The notes: generated from the sequence alone by a model not told the origin. Positions 1 to 8,623 are shown, numbered from the stretch's first letter. The stretch is DNA of 64,000 nt from Candidatus Omnitrophota bacterium (GCA_030681595.1 JAUXSB010000008.1:25587-89586), one strand, 5' to 3'. Program-made: numbers and translations.

Positions 1-69
1 TATTGCGCTTAATGTCTTTTAGAGTTAAAATATCCTTAAGTTGATAATATGTTTTAACAGGGAGGTTGC

Positions 70-1839
70 ATGATAAGTCCTACTCCACAAACACTCGAGA
101 CGCTTTTTACATCTTCTAAGTTATTAAAAGTACCCAAGAATCAAAGACAATTTGCTTGGGGGAAGAATGAGGCGTTAGAATTTATTGAAGATTTAAAAAG
201 TTATGCTGGGACTGGGCAGGGGGATCTTTTTTTAGGCACCATGATTTTTTGTAGTGCAGATGGAAGAGATGACTTTGTTAAGATTGTTGATGGACAGCAA
301 CGAATTACAACAGCATTATTACTCTTAATCGCATGCAGGAATTTGGCAAAAGCAATAAATTCTATCGGAATTGCAAATATTATTCAGCAAAGAATTACTT
401 TTGTAGATTCTACAACGGCCCAGTCTCTGGGAACGCGTCTGATTTCATCCGAATCCATTAAAGATGTTTTTGAATATATGGCTAACTTTGATTGGAATGG
501 AGATTTTCCAAATCGGATAGGTAATAGATCAGTGAAGAGGCAGGTCAATCGCGTCAAATCCATCTTTACTTTCTTTTATGAACAGATACATACATTTGAC
601 CAAGATACGCTAAGCAGATTTTTGAAAGCTATTTATAATGCGTATATAGCTCGGATTGATATTCAAGATGAAGCGGAAGCATTTAGCATTTTCGAGAGGA
701 CAAATGCTAGAGGAATTGATTTGGAGGCATCCGATCTTTTGAAGAATTTTCTTTTCGCGCAAGAAGTTGAAAATTTAGAGGAAGCTTGGCGACAGATAGT
801 TGATAATTCAGAAGGAACAATGTTGCGAATGTTAAAATATTTTTATGTTGCAAAAAAAGGGCCTGTGCTTAGGTCTGAGCTTTATAGAAAGATTAAATCA
901 TATAGCCAAACCATAGGAGCTCCGCAGCTTGTTAATGAGTTGGATAAATTCGCGAAATATTATTCTTTTGTTCAAGCTTCCGTTGAAGTTGAGACGCATG
1001 ACTACTTTGAATTTAATGATTGTGGTTTTATTTCTAATCACGAAGATCAATATGCAGCAATCCATTTAACGCTGGAAGGATTACGCTTGTTTAATATCTC
1101 GCAAATTTATCCACTAATTTATTCTGCTATAGAGAGCTTAAGGAGATTAAATGGGAGCAATAATTCTGGCATGTCTAAAAAGCTAGTTCAGTTGTTTGTT
1201 ACATTAGAAAAATATCATTTTATTAATAATGCAATATGTGATCGAGTTGGTAATGAGATTGAGAAGCTATATGCAGATTTTTGTGTAAATTACTCTGAGT
1301 GTGATGACTTTGTACGAACGACTGATGAATTGATTAATATCTTAAAAGGCCAATTGGCATCCGAACAAGAATTTATGGCTCGTTTTGTTGATATTTCTTA
1401 TTCTGCTGAAACGATACCATTAATTGTGTATATTTTTGATAGAATGGATAATATATGGTTGCATCCAGGAGAGAGAGTGCGTATTTTTAATCCAGATCGT
1501 AAGATTTTGCGTAGAAATCATAACATTGAGCATTTTTATCCTCAGACGCCCCAAGGGGGCGTAGAATTATTAACTGAGATGGTTGATGCTATCGATAATA
1601 TTGGTAATTTGCTGGTTGTGAGTTTTAGGACTAACTCAAAACTTGGGAATGTAACACCAGTTGAAAAAATCAAACTGTTAAAGAGTGATCTTAGAAGAGA
1701 AATTCAAAATCATATTTCCGTTCAGGAGTTTGTAGAAAAATATGAAGGAGTCGCTACCAATTGGGGAGCGGAGCAGATAAATAAGAGAGCAAATGAGCTC
1801 GCTCAATTAGCATATCGTTCTGTATGGAATATGATTTAG
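70..1839 (+). CDS. GmrSD-like type IV restriction / defense protein (N-terminal DUF262 ParB-like NTPase domain, C-terminal DUF1524 His-Me finger nuclease domain)
   Basis: DUF262 hallmark 'DGQQRITT' lies near the N-terminus. The DUF1524 hallmark 'RRNHNIEHFYPQ' lies near the C-terminus. Size 589 aa fits fused GmrSD/BrxU-like proteins. Local sequence looks AT-richer than the housekeeping genes. Confidence 0.65.
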   Translation: MISPTPQTLETLFTSSKLLKVPKNQRQFAWGKNEALEFIEDLKSYAGTGQGDLFLGTMIFCSADGRDDFVKIVDGQQRITTALLLLIACRNLAKAINSIGIANIIQQRITFVDSTTAQSLGTRLISSESIKDVFEYMANFDWNGDFPNRIGNRSVKRQVNRVKSIFTFFYEQIHTFDQDTLSRFLKAIYNAYIARIDIQDEAEAFSIFERTNARGIDLEASDLLKNFLFAQEVENLEEAWRQIVDNSEGTMLRMLKYFYVAKKGPVLRSELYRKIKSYSQTIGAPQLVNELDKFAKYYSFVQASVEVETHDYFEFNDCGFISNHEDQYAAIHLTLEGLRLFNISQIYPLIYSAIESLRRLNGSNNSGMSKKLVQLFVTLEKYHFINNAICDRVGNEIEKLYADFCVNYSECDDFVRTTDELINILKGQLASEQEFMARFVDISYSAETIPLIVYIFDRMDNIWLHPGERVRIFNPDRKILRRNHNIEHFYPQTPQGGVELLTEMVDAIDNIGNLLVVSFRTNSKLGNVTPVEKIKLLKSDLRREIQNHISVQEFVEKYEGVATNWGAEQINKRANELAQLAYRSVWNMI

Positions 1840-1998
1840 TTGATTTTGTTTGTGCCCAAAATGTGCCCATCTAAAGGGAAAACCTTGTAAAATATTGTAA
1901 AGAGTTGTATAACAGGTAGAATCGTTAATTCATTGTCATTTCAGCGAGTTATGCTATAATACTTTGAAAGTAAGAGAGTTAGGGAATTGTTCTTAATG

Positions 1999-2150
1999 GA
2001 CTCCCTCCCTCTCCGCCAATTTAAAAAATATGACTCTATAGTGGGATTCGAAGCCGACCCGAGCGCCACTGGTACAAGCGAGGGCGGCCGGCTTCGGAGG
2101 AGTCTCGACGAATGTCGAGACGGAGGAGAAGGAATCCCTCCCTCTCCGCC
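1999..2150. repeat. GC-rich structured element bounded by 16-17 bp direct repeats (tccctccctctccgcc at 2002-2017 and 2135-2150); candidate ncRNA or miniature inserted element
   Basis: Perfect direct repeats sit about 133 bp apart. The interior is GC-rich, unlike the flanks. It has a perfect hairpin gtctcgac-gaat-gtcgagac at 2102-2121 and a ccg-gctt-cgg hairpin. Confidence 0.4.
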
Positions 2151-2215
2151 AGTTTTAAATTTATATTGTCTGGAACTTTATTCGGTATATAATACTTAAA
2201 AGGAGGTGGTAGAAG

Positions 2216-2323
2216 ATGCTTTATATTAGCCTGATAGGTTTATTCATCTTAGCACTATTGTTTGATATATCATTTAATTTGAGGCGGCTAAATAGAAAAA
2301 TCACGGAATTTGTAAAGAAGTAG
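2216..2323 (+). CDS. small hydrophobic peptide (35 aa, MLYISLIGLFILALLFDISFNLRRLNRKITEFVKK), predicted single TM helix with basic tail
   Basis: Strong SD 'aaaggaggtg' lies 6 nt upstream of the ATG, with a TATAAT-like box at about 2188. The N-terminus is hydrophobic and the C-terminus basic. It is absent from the ORF track because it is under 60 aa. Confidence 0.35.
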   Translation: MLYISLIGLFILALLFDISFNLRRLNRKITEFVKK

Positions 2324-2668
2324 TGAGAATAAAAAAGTAGCCCGCTGTTGTTGCTAAATAAATTTTTGTTTTTTTCATCAAAATAATGTATGCCGCAATC
2401 GTAAGGATACGCGTTTCGGCATTGCGTCATTTTTTATTTTTCAATATTTAACTTAAGCCTATCCGTTAAATATCTCACCTGCAAACTAAAGTATCGTAGT
2501 TAAAAGTTTCGATTATAGACAAAACAAACCCGGCATGGTATTATTTATCAGAGGGTTAATGTTTTATCCTAAGATGTGGCTAAATTTATTATAGGCGATG
2601 TATGGCAAAGCGTGCGTATGGCTGCTTAATTATCAATTTGCTTTCTTCGGAGCAGTAAAGGAAATTTC

Positions 2669-3049
2669 GTGTATCGGGTAGAAATTTTAAATCAGGATGG
2701 TGCTTCGTTTAAAGTGCGCTCCGAAGGCTGCGAATTTATTATCAGTTCTGGCGGCAAGGCGATAACTCCGCCGGCGGCATTATTAGCAAGCCTGGGAAGC
2801 TGTATTGGGGTTTATGCGCGTAAATACTTAGAGGGGGCCGGTATTGCGTCCTCCGGATTTAATATAGCTATTGAGGCGGAATTCTCTAAAGAAAAACCTG
2901 TCTGTTTTGCGGTTATTGATGTAACAGTTGATTTAAAGGGTGTTTTGTTTGACGAACGCAGGAAAGATGCGTTCCTATCTTTTGTAAAAAATTGCCCTGT
3001 GCATAATACCCTGCGGGCTAATCCCGAAATAAAGATTAAAATTATTTAA
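2669..3049 (+). CDS. OsmC/Ohr family peroxiredoxin-like protein
   Basis: GTG start with an upstream AAGGAAA. Contains the two conserved Cys-containing stretches 'LLASLGSCIGVY' and 'CPVHNTL' typical of OsmC. Confidence 0.7.
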   Translation: MYRVEILNQDGASFKVRSEGCEFIISSGGKAITPPAALLASLGSCIGVYARKYLEGAGIASSGFNIAIEAEFSKEKPVCFAVIDVTVDLKGVLFDERRKDAFLSFVKNCPVHNTLRANPEIKIKII

Positions 3050-3071
3050 GATTTTGTTATAAGGAGGCGTT

Positions 3072-4403
3072 ATGGAGCCAGAAATGATTGCTGTGGAAAA
3101 TGAGATATTGGATAAACTTGCCGGAAAAGTTACCCTGATGCAGAACATGGAAGCCAAAAAAGACGCTATGTTTAAGGTATTTTTAGACGTTTACAACAGC
3201 GAAAAAGGCAAAGCACTCTTAAAACAGGTAAAAGGCATAGAGATAGAAAGTTTCTTTAATAGTTTTCTTTCTTATGGTTTAATTGAAGACCTGTTAAATG
3301 ACCAGCAGGTGGAAGATATAATGATTAATTCTTTAGGCCCTATTTTCGTGCATAAGACCAATACGGGCCTGGTTAAGTTAGACAAAAGATTTACTTCTTC
3401 TGAAGAATTAAATTTATTCATCAAGAAGCTTATTATTTTTTCCGGCAAGACCCAAGTCAGGAAGATAAATAACATAGTATTGTATAATATTAAAGGCAGA
3501 GGCAATATAGTATTTTCTCCATTTGGCCCGCAGGTTACTATTACGCGCGCCAAAGAAAAGCCTTTGAGTATTATAGAATTAATCGCAAATCGCACATTAT
3601 CATTTGAGATCGCTGCACAGTTATGGCTTTACGTTGAAGGATTAGGAATTAAGCCGGCAAACCTTATTATCTCGGGAGGGCCGGGTACAGGGAAAACTAC
3701 ATTATTAAATGCCTTGCTCGCCTTTATGCCTAGCGAAGACAGGTTGGTTGTTATTGAGGATACATTAGAGTTAAATACAGAATTAGAAGAAAATTGTTCG
3801 CGTCTTGAGAGCGACGAGGAAGTAACCTTGGCAGATTTGGTAAAGAATAGCCTGAGGATGCGCCCGGATAGAGTTATCGTTGGCGAGGTAAGAGGCGCTG
3901 AGGCGGCCGACCTTATGACCGCGATGAATATCGGTAAATATTGCATGGGCACAATGCATGCTTCTACCGCGCGTGAAACAATAATGAGGCTGGAAAATGA
4001 GCCGATGAATGTTCCGGAAGTATTGGTAAATTTAATCGATGTTTTTGTGATTACGAGGCGTTTTAATATTGACGGCAAAATTGTAAGGGCCATAGGCGAA
4101 GTTGTTGAGACTGCCGGGATGGAAAAGAAGCTGGTTTTGCTTTCTCCGGTTTGGACATTTGATTATAGTAAAAGAAAATTTGTTGAAGCGGGGGTAAGCA
4201 GTGTTTATAGGGATAAGCTTGCGGAAGTAAGCGGTGTTAGCCCGAGAGATATTATTGAGGAAATAAAATTAAGGATCGCGGTTTTAAAGTTTCTGCATGA
4301 GAAAAACATAATGGATAATAAAGACGTAACTTTGTTCTGCCGTAAGTATCACACCAGCCGTAAAGAAGCCTTGGACGGGATAGGTTTTAAATATGGTGAA
4401 TAA
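3072..4403 (+). CDS. type II/IV secretion-system family ATPase (CpaF/TadA/VirB11/FlaI-like), orphan
   Basis: Walker A 'GGPGTGKTT', Asp box 'LVVIEDTLEL', Walker B 'RPDRVIVGEVRG' and His box 'GTMHAS' are all present. No partner membrane-platform genes (TadB/TadC) are adjacent. Confidence 0.8.
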   Translation: MEPEMIAVENEILDKLAGKVTLMQNMEAKKDAMFKVFLDVYNSEKGKALLKQVKGIEIESFFNSFLSYGLIEDLLNDQQVEDIMINSLGPIFVHKTNTGLVKLDKRFTSSEELNLFIKKLIIFSGKTQVRKINNIVLYNIKGRGNIVFSPFGPQVTITRAKEKPLSIIELIANRTLSFEIAAQLWLYVEGLGIKPANLIISGGPGTGKTTLLNALLAFMPSEDRLVVIEDTLELNTELEENCSRLESDEEVTLADLVKNSLRMRPDRVIVGEVRGAEAADLMTAMNIGKYCMGTMHASTARETIMRLENEPMNVPEVLVNLIDVFVITRRFNIDGKIVRAIGEVVETAGMEKKLVLLSPVWTFDYSKRKFVEAGVSSVYRDKLAEVSGVSPRDIIEEIKLRIAVLKFLHEKNIMDNKDVTLFCRKYHTSRKEALDGIGFKYGE

Positions 4404-4449
4404 ATAGTCAAATTGCCCGGATTATTACGGAGAGCATCATCAAGCTGAT

Positions 4450-4893
4450 CTAGAATTTTATGCTGAAGACATATATGATGTTAGCGTTAGATTTATTGTC
4501 GTCGAATTTCATGCGGCCCTTCATGTTAAAAAGCCTTACCTTAAATTTTTCACTTACCCAGTCTTCTATTTCTTTAGCCTTAAAGTAGGGGTAGAACACA
4601 TCAACTCCTGTTAATTCTTCCCATTTTTCCCTGAGTTTTTTCTTATCTTCTTTGTCTTCTACGGGATCGGCATAAGCCTTTTTATTGATAAAATCAAAAA
4701 AAGAACAGGTTTCGTTCTTTCTGTTGTCAGGCACAGGGGTAGATAAGTTTTTGCCATCGTTTGTAGATTCTTGAGAAGGCGCTAACGCACTTTTCTTATT
4801 ACCGGAATTATCATTTTCGGCGCAACCAAGAGAGGCAACTAACGTTATGGCGCAACCTAATATAATCATGGTTGTTATAGTAAATATACGCAT
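4450..4893 (-). CDS. hypothetical lipoprotein
   Basis: N-terminus MRIFTITTMIILGCAITLVASLGC carries a signal peptide plus a lipobox-like SLGC. The rest is a charged soluble domain. Confidence 0.45.
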   Translation of the reverse strand: MRIFTITTMIILGCAITLVASLGCAENDNSGNKKSALAPSQESTNDGKNLSTPVPDNRKNETCSFFDFINKKAYADPVEDKEDKKKLREKWEELTGVDVFYPYFKAKEIEDWVSEKFKVRLFNMKGRMKFDDNKSNANIIYVFSIKF

Positions 4894-5024
4894 TCTTTAC
4901 CTCCACGCTTGCCCCCCAAAGCTTATGCCTCTCCTACTTTAAGTATAGCATTTTTTGCTTAATTTTGCCAAAAAATGGGTAAATTTGTTTCACGTAACTC
5001 TTTGTTAGTTAATAAGTTATAAAA

Positions 5025-5043
5025 TGTTAACAATTTGTTAACA
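5025..5043. promoter_or_regulatory. perfect palindrome tgttaacaa-t-ttgttaaca in divergent intergenic region (candidate operator)
   Basis: A 9-bp inverted repeat with a 1-bp spacer sits in the AT-rich region between the minus-strand lipoprotein gene and the tRNA-Arg/tadA unit. Confidence 0.3.
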
Positions 5044-5262
5044 AAAAATGTTGATTAAAATATTAAAAATACTTACTATTTAAAATTGCGAACCGCATGA
5101 TTGATATAAAAATAGAAGGGTTTATATTGTTTTTTCTTAAATAATCGGGTTCTTTATTTTTAAATCCGGCTTAATTTACTGAAATGGACACGCGTAAAAG
5201 TTTTTATTCAATAATCTTCTTGAATAAAACTACTGTTTAGGTATAATATAGTTTTAAACTTT

Positions 5263-5336
5263 GCGCCCATAGCTCAACTGGATAGAGCATCAGCCTACGA
5301 AGCTGGTTGTTGCAGGTTCGATTCCTGCTGGGCGCG
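5263..5336 (+). tRNA. tRNA-Arg (anticodon ACG)
   Basis: Cloverleaf read by eye: acceptor GCGCCCA/TGGGCGC, D-arm agctcaactggatagagc, anticodon loop CTACGAA, T-arm GGTTCGATTCC. CCA is not encoded. Confidence 0.8.
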
Positions 5337-5425
5337 CAATAATTCAGAACTAAGAATTAAGAGCTAAGAGTTAAGAAAAAACCAAAAGAGAAAACGAAAA
5401 TTTGGGAAAAATTGACGAGATTTAT

Positions 5426-5857
5426 ATGTCTGAAGCCATAAAGGAAGCAATAAAGGCTTCAGAGGAAGATGAGGTTCCTGTCGGGTGTGTGATTGTACGC
5501 GATGGCAAAATTATCGCCCGTGCGCATAATCAGGTAGAGCGCCTAAAAGATCCCACCGCGCATGCCGAAATGATTGCCATAACTTCTGCGGCAAATTTTT
5601 TAGGCAGTAAATGGTTGAGTGAAGCCTCGCTCTATGTTACAATTGAACCTTGCAGTATGTGCGCAGGGGCTTTGGTGCTTTCTCGTATAAAAGAGGTTGT
5701 TTATGGAGCGCCCGACCCGAAAGCCGGCGCCTGTGGTTCGATAATAAATATTGCCAACGATAAAAAATTAAATCATCGCATAAAAGTTAAAAGTGGAATT
5801 TTAGAAGATAAATGTGGTTCTTTGTTAAGTGAGTTTTTTAAGAAAAAAAGAAAATAA
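5426..5857 (+). CDS. tadA: tRNA-specific adenosine deaminase TadA
   Basis: Zinc-binding motifs 'HAEMIAI' and 'PCSMCAGAL' of the CDA fold are present. Start taken at the internal ATG (MSEAIKEAIKA); the track ORF begins at an upstream TTG at 5402. Confidence 0.85.
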   Translation: MSEAIKEAIKASEEDEVPVGCVIVRDGKIIARAHNQVERLKDPTAHAEMIAITSAANFLGSKWLSEASLYVTIEPCSMCAGALVLSRIKEVVYGAPDPKAGACGSIINIANDKKLNHRIKVKSGILEDKCGSLLSEFFKKKRK

Positions 5858-5874
5858 GAAGTTTGTGAAATTTT

Positions 5875-5966
5875 GGAGAGATGGCTGAGTGGCCGAAAGC
5901 AGCTTCCTGCTAAGAAGTTGACCTGGGAAACTGGGTCCCTGGGTTCGAATCCCAGTCTCTCCGCCA
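5875..5966 (+). tRNA. tRNA-Ser (anticodon GCT), type II with long variable arm, CCA encoded
   Basis: Acceptor GGAGAGA/TCTCTCC, anticodon loop CTGCTAA, long variable arm tgacctgggaaactgggtccc, T-arm GGTTCGAATCC. Confidence 0.8.
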
Positions 5967-6043
5967 TTGCAACCAATTCGAACCTTTTTGCTTTTTGGTT
6001 AACTCTTGCTGCTGGTAAACAGAAATATATTAAGAAGGAGGAT

Positions 6044-6235
6044 ATGGTGGTTCCTTTAGAAGTGCTTCAAATTGCGCTTGGAAAAGAAAAAGAGGCTTAT
6101 AAGTTTTATGAGGAGATGCTTGCTAAACACAGCTCATCCGTAATCAAGGATATTTTAATAAGTTTAAAAGACGCGGAATATAAACACGAGAAGATTATTG
6201 AAGAAAAAATTTCCGAGATAAATAAATCATTTTAA
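6044..6235 (+). CDS. small hypothetical protein (63 aa), possibly ferritin-like/rubrerythrin-like helical fragment
   Basis: ATG is preceded by AAGGAGGA. The track ORF 5873..6235 overlaps tRNA-Ser, so only this 3' part is plausible. An 'EYKHEKIIEE' motif is weakly ferritin-like. Confidence 0.35.
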   Translation: MVVPLEVLQIALGKEKEAYKFYEEMLAKHSSSVIKDILISLKDAEYKHEKIIEEKISEINKSF

Positions 6236-6245
6236 GGAGCTATTT

Positions 6246-6878
6246 CTGAAAAGAGCGTATTTTTTTACTCTTGTTTTGTTAATCTGCTACAATGCCGCGG
6301 CTTTTGCTGAATGGGAAAAACCCAAAGTAGAGTTTTCTAATTCTTACAGGTATTTATTCCGCGAGAGGCACAGTATTTATATTCAACGCGGCGAGTTCAA
6401 ATTTTCTTACGATAGGGGCACGGATAATTTTGCCAAAATAAAGCTTTCGCCGTTTATTGAATTAAGAAATAATTTACAGAAAGACAAGTTGGAGTATAAA
6501 GAGATTGGTTTTGAATTTGGAACAGATATTTTTCCTTGGTTTTACGCGGGGGAGAGTTTTCAGTATAGCCGCTATAATTATGATTGGGTAAATTGGCTTT
6601 GGCATCCGCGTATTAAATACGCCGCCGAAGCGGAAACACGCCTTAAGTTTATGCTTCCGGTTTACCAGCTTAGCGAAGAGAGAAAAATTATAGCCTATGT
6701 ATTAAACGAATTTACCTATAGTTTTAAACTGGCCGAAGGCACAAGAAATGAGGTGGTATTGGGGATAACTATCCCCGTTACAAAATATACGGAAATCGGC
6801 TTTGACTGGCGGCATATTGACAGAATTCATGATTTTGATTCGGATGCCCTTGAAGCAAACGTAAGCTTAATTTTTTAA
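6246..6878 (+). CDS. putative outer-membrane beta-barrel protein with Sec signal peptide, probable CTG start
   Basis: Reading from the in-frame CTG at 6246 gives the textbook signal peptide MKRAYFFTLVLLICYNAAAFA|EWEK. AAGGAG lies 6 nt upstream. The protein ends in an aromatic '...ANVSLIF' typical of OMP barrels. The track ORF starts at the TTG at 6276. Confidence 0.5.
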   Translation: MKRAYFFTLVLLICYNAAAFAEWEKPKVEFSNSYRYLFRERHSIYIQRGEFKFSYDRGTDNFAKIKLSPFIELRNNLQKDKLEYKEIGFEFGTDIFPWFYAGESFQYSRYNYDWVNWLWHPRIKYAAEAETRLKFMLPVYQLSEERKIIAYVLNEFTYSFKLAEGTRNEVVLGITIPVTKYTEIGFDWRHIDRIHDFDSDALEANVSLIF

Positions 6879-6940
6879 TTTTTTATTTTTTCCGCCTAAG
6901 GCGGATCAGCCTCCGGCTGAAACCTTTAATTTTTAAAGAT

Positions 6941-8587
6941 ATGTCTTATTTAGTTTTTGCGCGTAAATACCGCCCGCAAAATTTCGATGAAATAATCGGG
7001 CAGGAATCCGTTACGAAAAGCTTAAAAAACGCTGTTTCTTCCGGTAAGGTTGCGCATGCCTATATATTTTCCGGCCCGCGCGGCGTGGGGAAAACTTCTT
7101 GCGCGAGGGTGTTAGCCAAAGCGCTGAATTGTCAAAAAGGCCCCACGCTTGAGCCTTGCGGTAAATGCCCTGTCTGTATTGAAATTTCCGAAGGCAGAAG
7201 CATGGATGTTATAGAAATTGACGGGGCGTCAAACCGTGGCATAGAAGACATAAGAAGCCTGCGCGAGAATGTAAAATTTGCCTCCAGTTACGGAAAGAGC
7301 AAAGTTTATATAATCGATGAAGTCCATCAGATAACTCCCGACGGATTTAACGCGCTCCTTAAAACCCTGGAGGAACCCCCCGCGCATGTGGTATTTGTTT
7401 TTGCTACTACCGCAATACACAAAGTCCCTCCCACGATACTTTCCCGCTGCCAGAAGTTTGAGTTTAAGCCTATCACTATCCCTAAAATAATAGAGACGTT
7501 GGAACAATTGGCAAAAAGGGAAAATATTAAGATAGACGATAATGCCCTGTTGGCTATAGCCCGTGCTTCTGATGGGAGCTTAAGGGATGCCGAGTCATTA
7601 TTAGACCAGCTTGGTTCGTTTGGCCAGGGTAAAATCAGCCTAAGCGATATTTCTTCGCTCTTAGGCATTGTTGAGGATGAATTACTTGTTTCTTTGATCA
7701 GCCGGATAATTAAGAAAGACGCGGATGGCGCTTTGGAAATGGTAGATAATTTTATAAACCAGGGCAAAGATGCCGCGGTGCTTATTATCAGCCTTATTGA
7801 ATATTTCAGGAATTTAATGGTTGCAAAGGTGGCAAAAACACAATTAGATAAACTTTTAAATGTTCCATCCAACATAAAAGAGGAAATAGTTAAACAAACC
7901 CAGGGTATTCCGCTTGCCGATATTTTGCACAATATAAATACTCTCGTTGACGCTCAGGAAATGTTTAGGCGGATAGATTCACCGAGGATAGTCTTGGAGA
8001 TAGCGATAGTTAATATGTTCGGCGCGGCAAGAGATAGCCAAGCATTCGAGGAGCCTTTAGGCAAGGATAATTCCCCTATCGGCAGTAGCCCTTTGTTAAA
8101 GAAAGACTCAGAAGGCCGTGCCGTTAAAAATACTGGCGGGTATGTTTCTTCGGCATCTTTGGATTCATTATCTGTAAAAGTCGAGACGGGAATTCGCGCC
8201 GCCAAGGAATTAGACGCACCATGCCAGAAACAAGAAACGGTTGCGTTTGAGCGCATTAGAGGTGTTTGGCAGTCGGTCATTGACAAGATTAGTAAAACAA
8301 AAATGTCAATTGCCACATATCTGAATGAAGGCTCGCCTTTAAAGGCCGAAAATAATATTTTATTTATCAGCTTTCCTAGAAAGTTAAAATTCCATAAGGA
8401 TGTTTTAGAAAAAAGAGAGAATAGCGAATTTATAGAGCAGAATTTAAAAGATGTGTTAGGATCAAGAGTTAGAATAAGTTTTATCCTCTCAGATGAGCTT
8501 TCGGATAGGCAAGAGGCTGATATGGAGCCGGGCATTAAGTCAACTATCGCGGCGTTCAAAGGAAAAATTATTAACAGGGCTGATTAA
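6941..8587 (+). CDS. dnaX: DNA polymerase III subunit gamma/tau
   Basis: N-terminus 'FARKYRPQNFDEIIGQE', Walker A 'GPRGVGKTS', a Zn-finger Cys cluster and an 'SRCQ' box are present. Confidence 0.9.
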   Translation: MSYLVFARKYRPQNFDEIIGQESVTKSLKNAVSSGKVAHAYIFSGPRGVGKTSCARVLAKALNCQKGPTLEPCGKCPVCIEISEGRSMDVIEIDGASNRGIEDIRSLRENVKFASSYGKSKVYIIDEVHQITPDGFNALLKTLEEPPAHVVFVFATTAIHKVPPTILSRCQKFEFKPITIPKIIETLEQLAKRENIKIDDNALLAIARASDGSLRDAESLLDQLGSFGQGKISLSDISSLLGIVEDELLVSLISRIIKKDADGALEMVDNFINQGKDAAVLIISLIEYFRNLMVAKVAKTQLDKLLNVPSNIKEEIVKQTQGIPLADILHNINTLVDAQEMFRRIDSPRIVLEIAIVNMFGAARDSQAFEEPLGKDNSPIGSSPLLKKDSEGRAVKNTGGYVSSASLDSLSVKVETGIRAAKELDAPCQKQETVAFERIRGVWQSVIDKISKTKMSIATYLNEGSPLKAENNILFISFPRKLKFHKDVLEKRENSEFIEQNLKDVLGSRVRISFILSDELSDRQEADMEPGIKSTIAAFKGKIINRAD

Positions 8588-8623
8588 ACTAGCCTTTCTA
8601 AAAGTAGGCTTAAAGAAAGAATA

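Noticed and set aside
1987-2199. 70-aa track ORF over the GC-rich repeat-flanked element
   Set aside because: It has low-complexity composition and no RBS. It coincides exactly with the hairpin-rich element and its direct repeats, so it more likely reflects GC-rich non-coding sequence.
2221-2430. 69-aa minus-strand ORF
   Set aside because: It is antisense to the well-supported small-peptide gene and its AT-rich leader, with no RBS and a Cys/Asn-rich odd composition.
5773-6043. Track ORFs 5773..5976(-) and the 5' part of 5873..6235(+)
   Set aside because: They overlap tRNA-Ser(GCT). Only the 3' portion from ATG 6044 has an RBS.
7229-8559. Several 90-201-aa minus-strand ORFs inside dnaX
   Set aside because: They are antisense to dnaX, which has unmistakable motifs; they are shadow ORFs.
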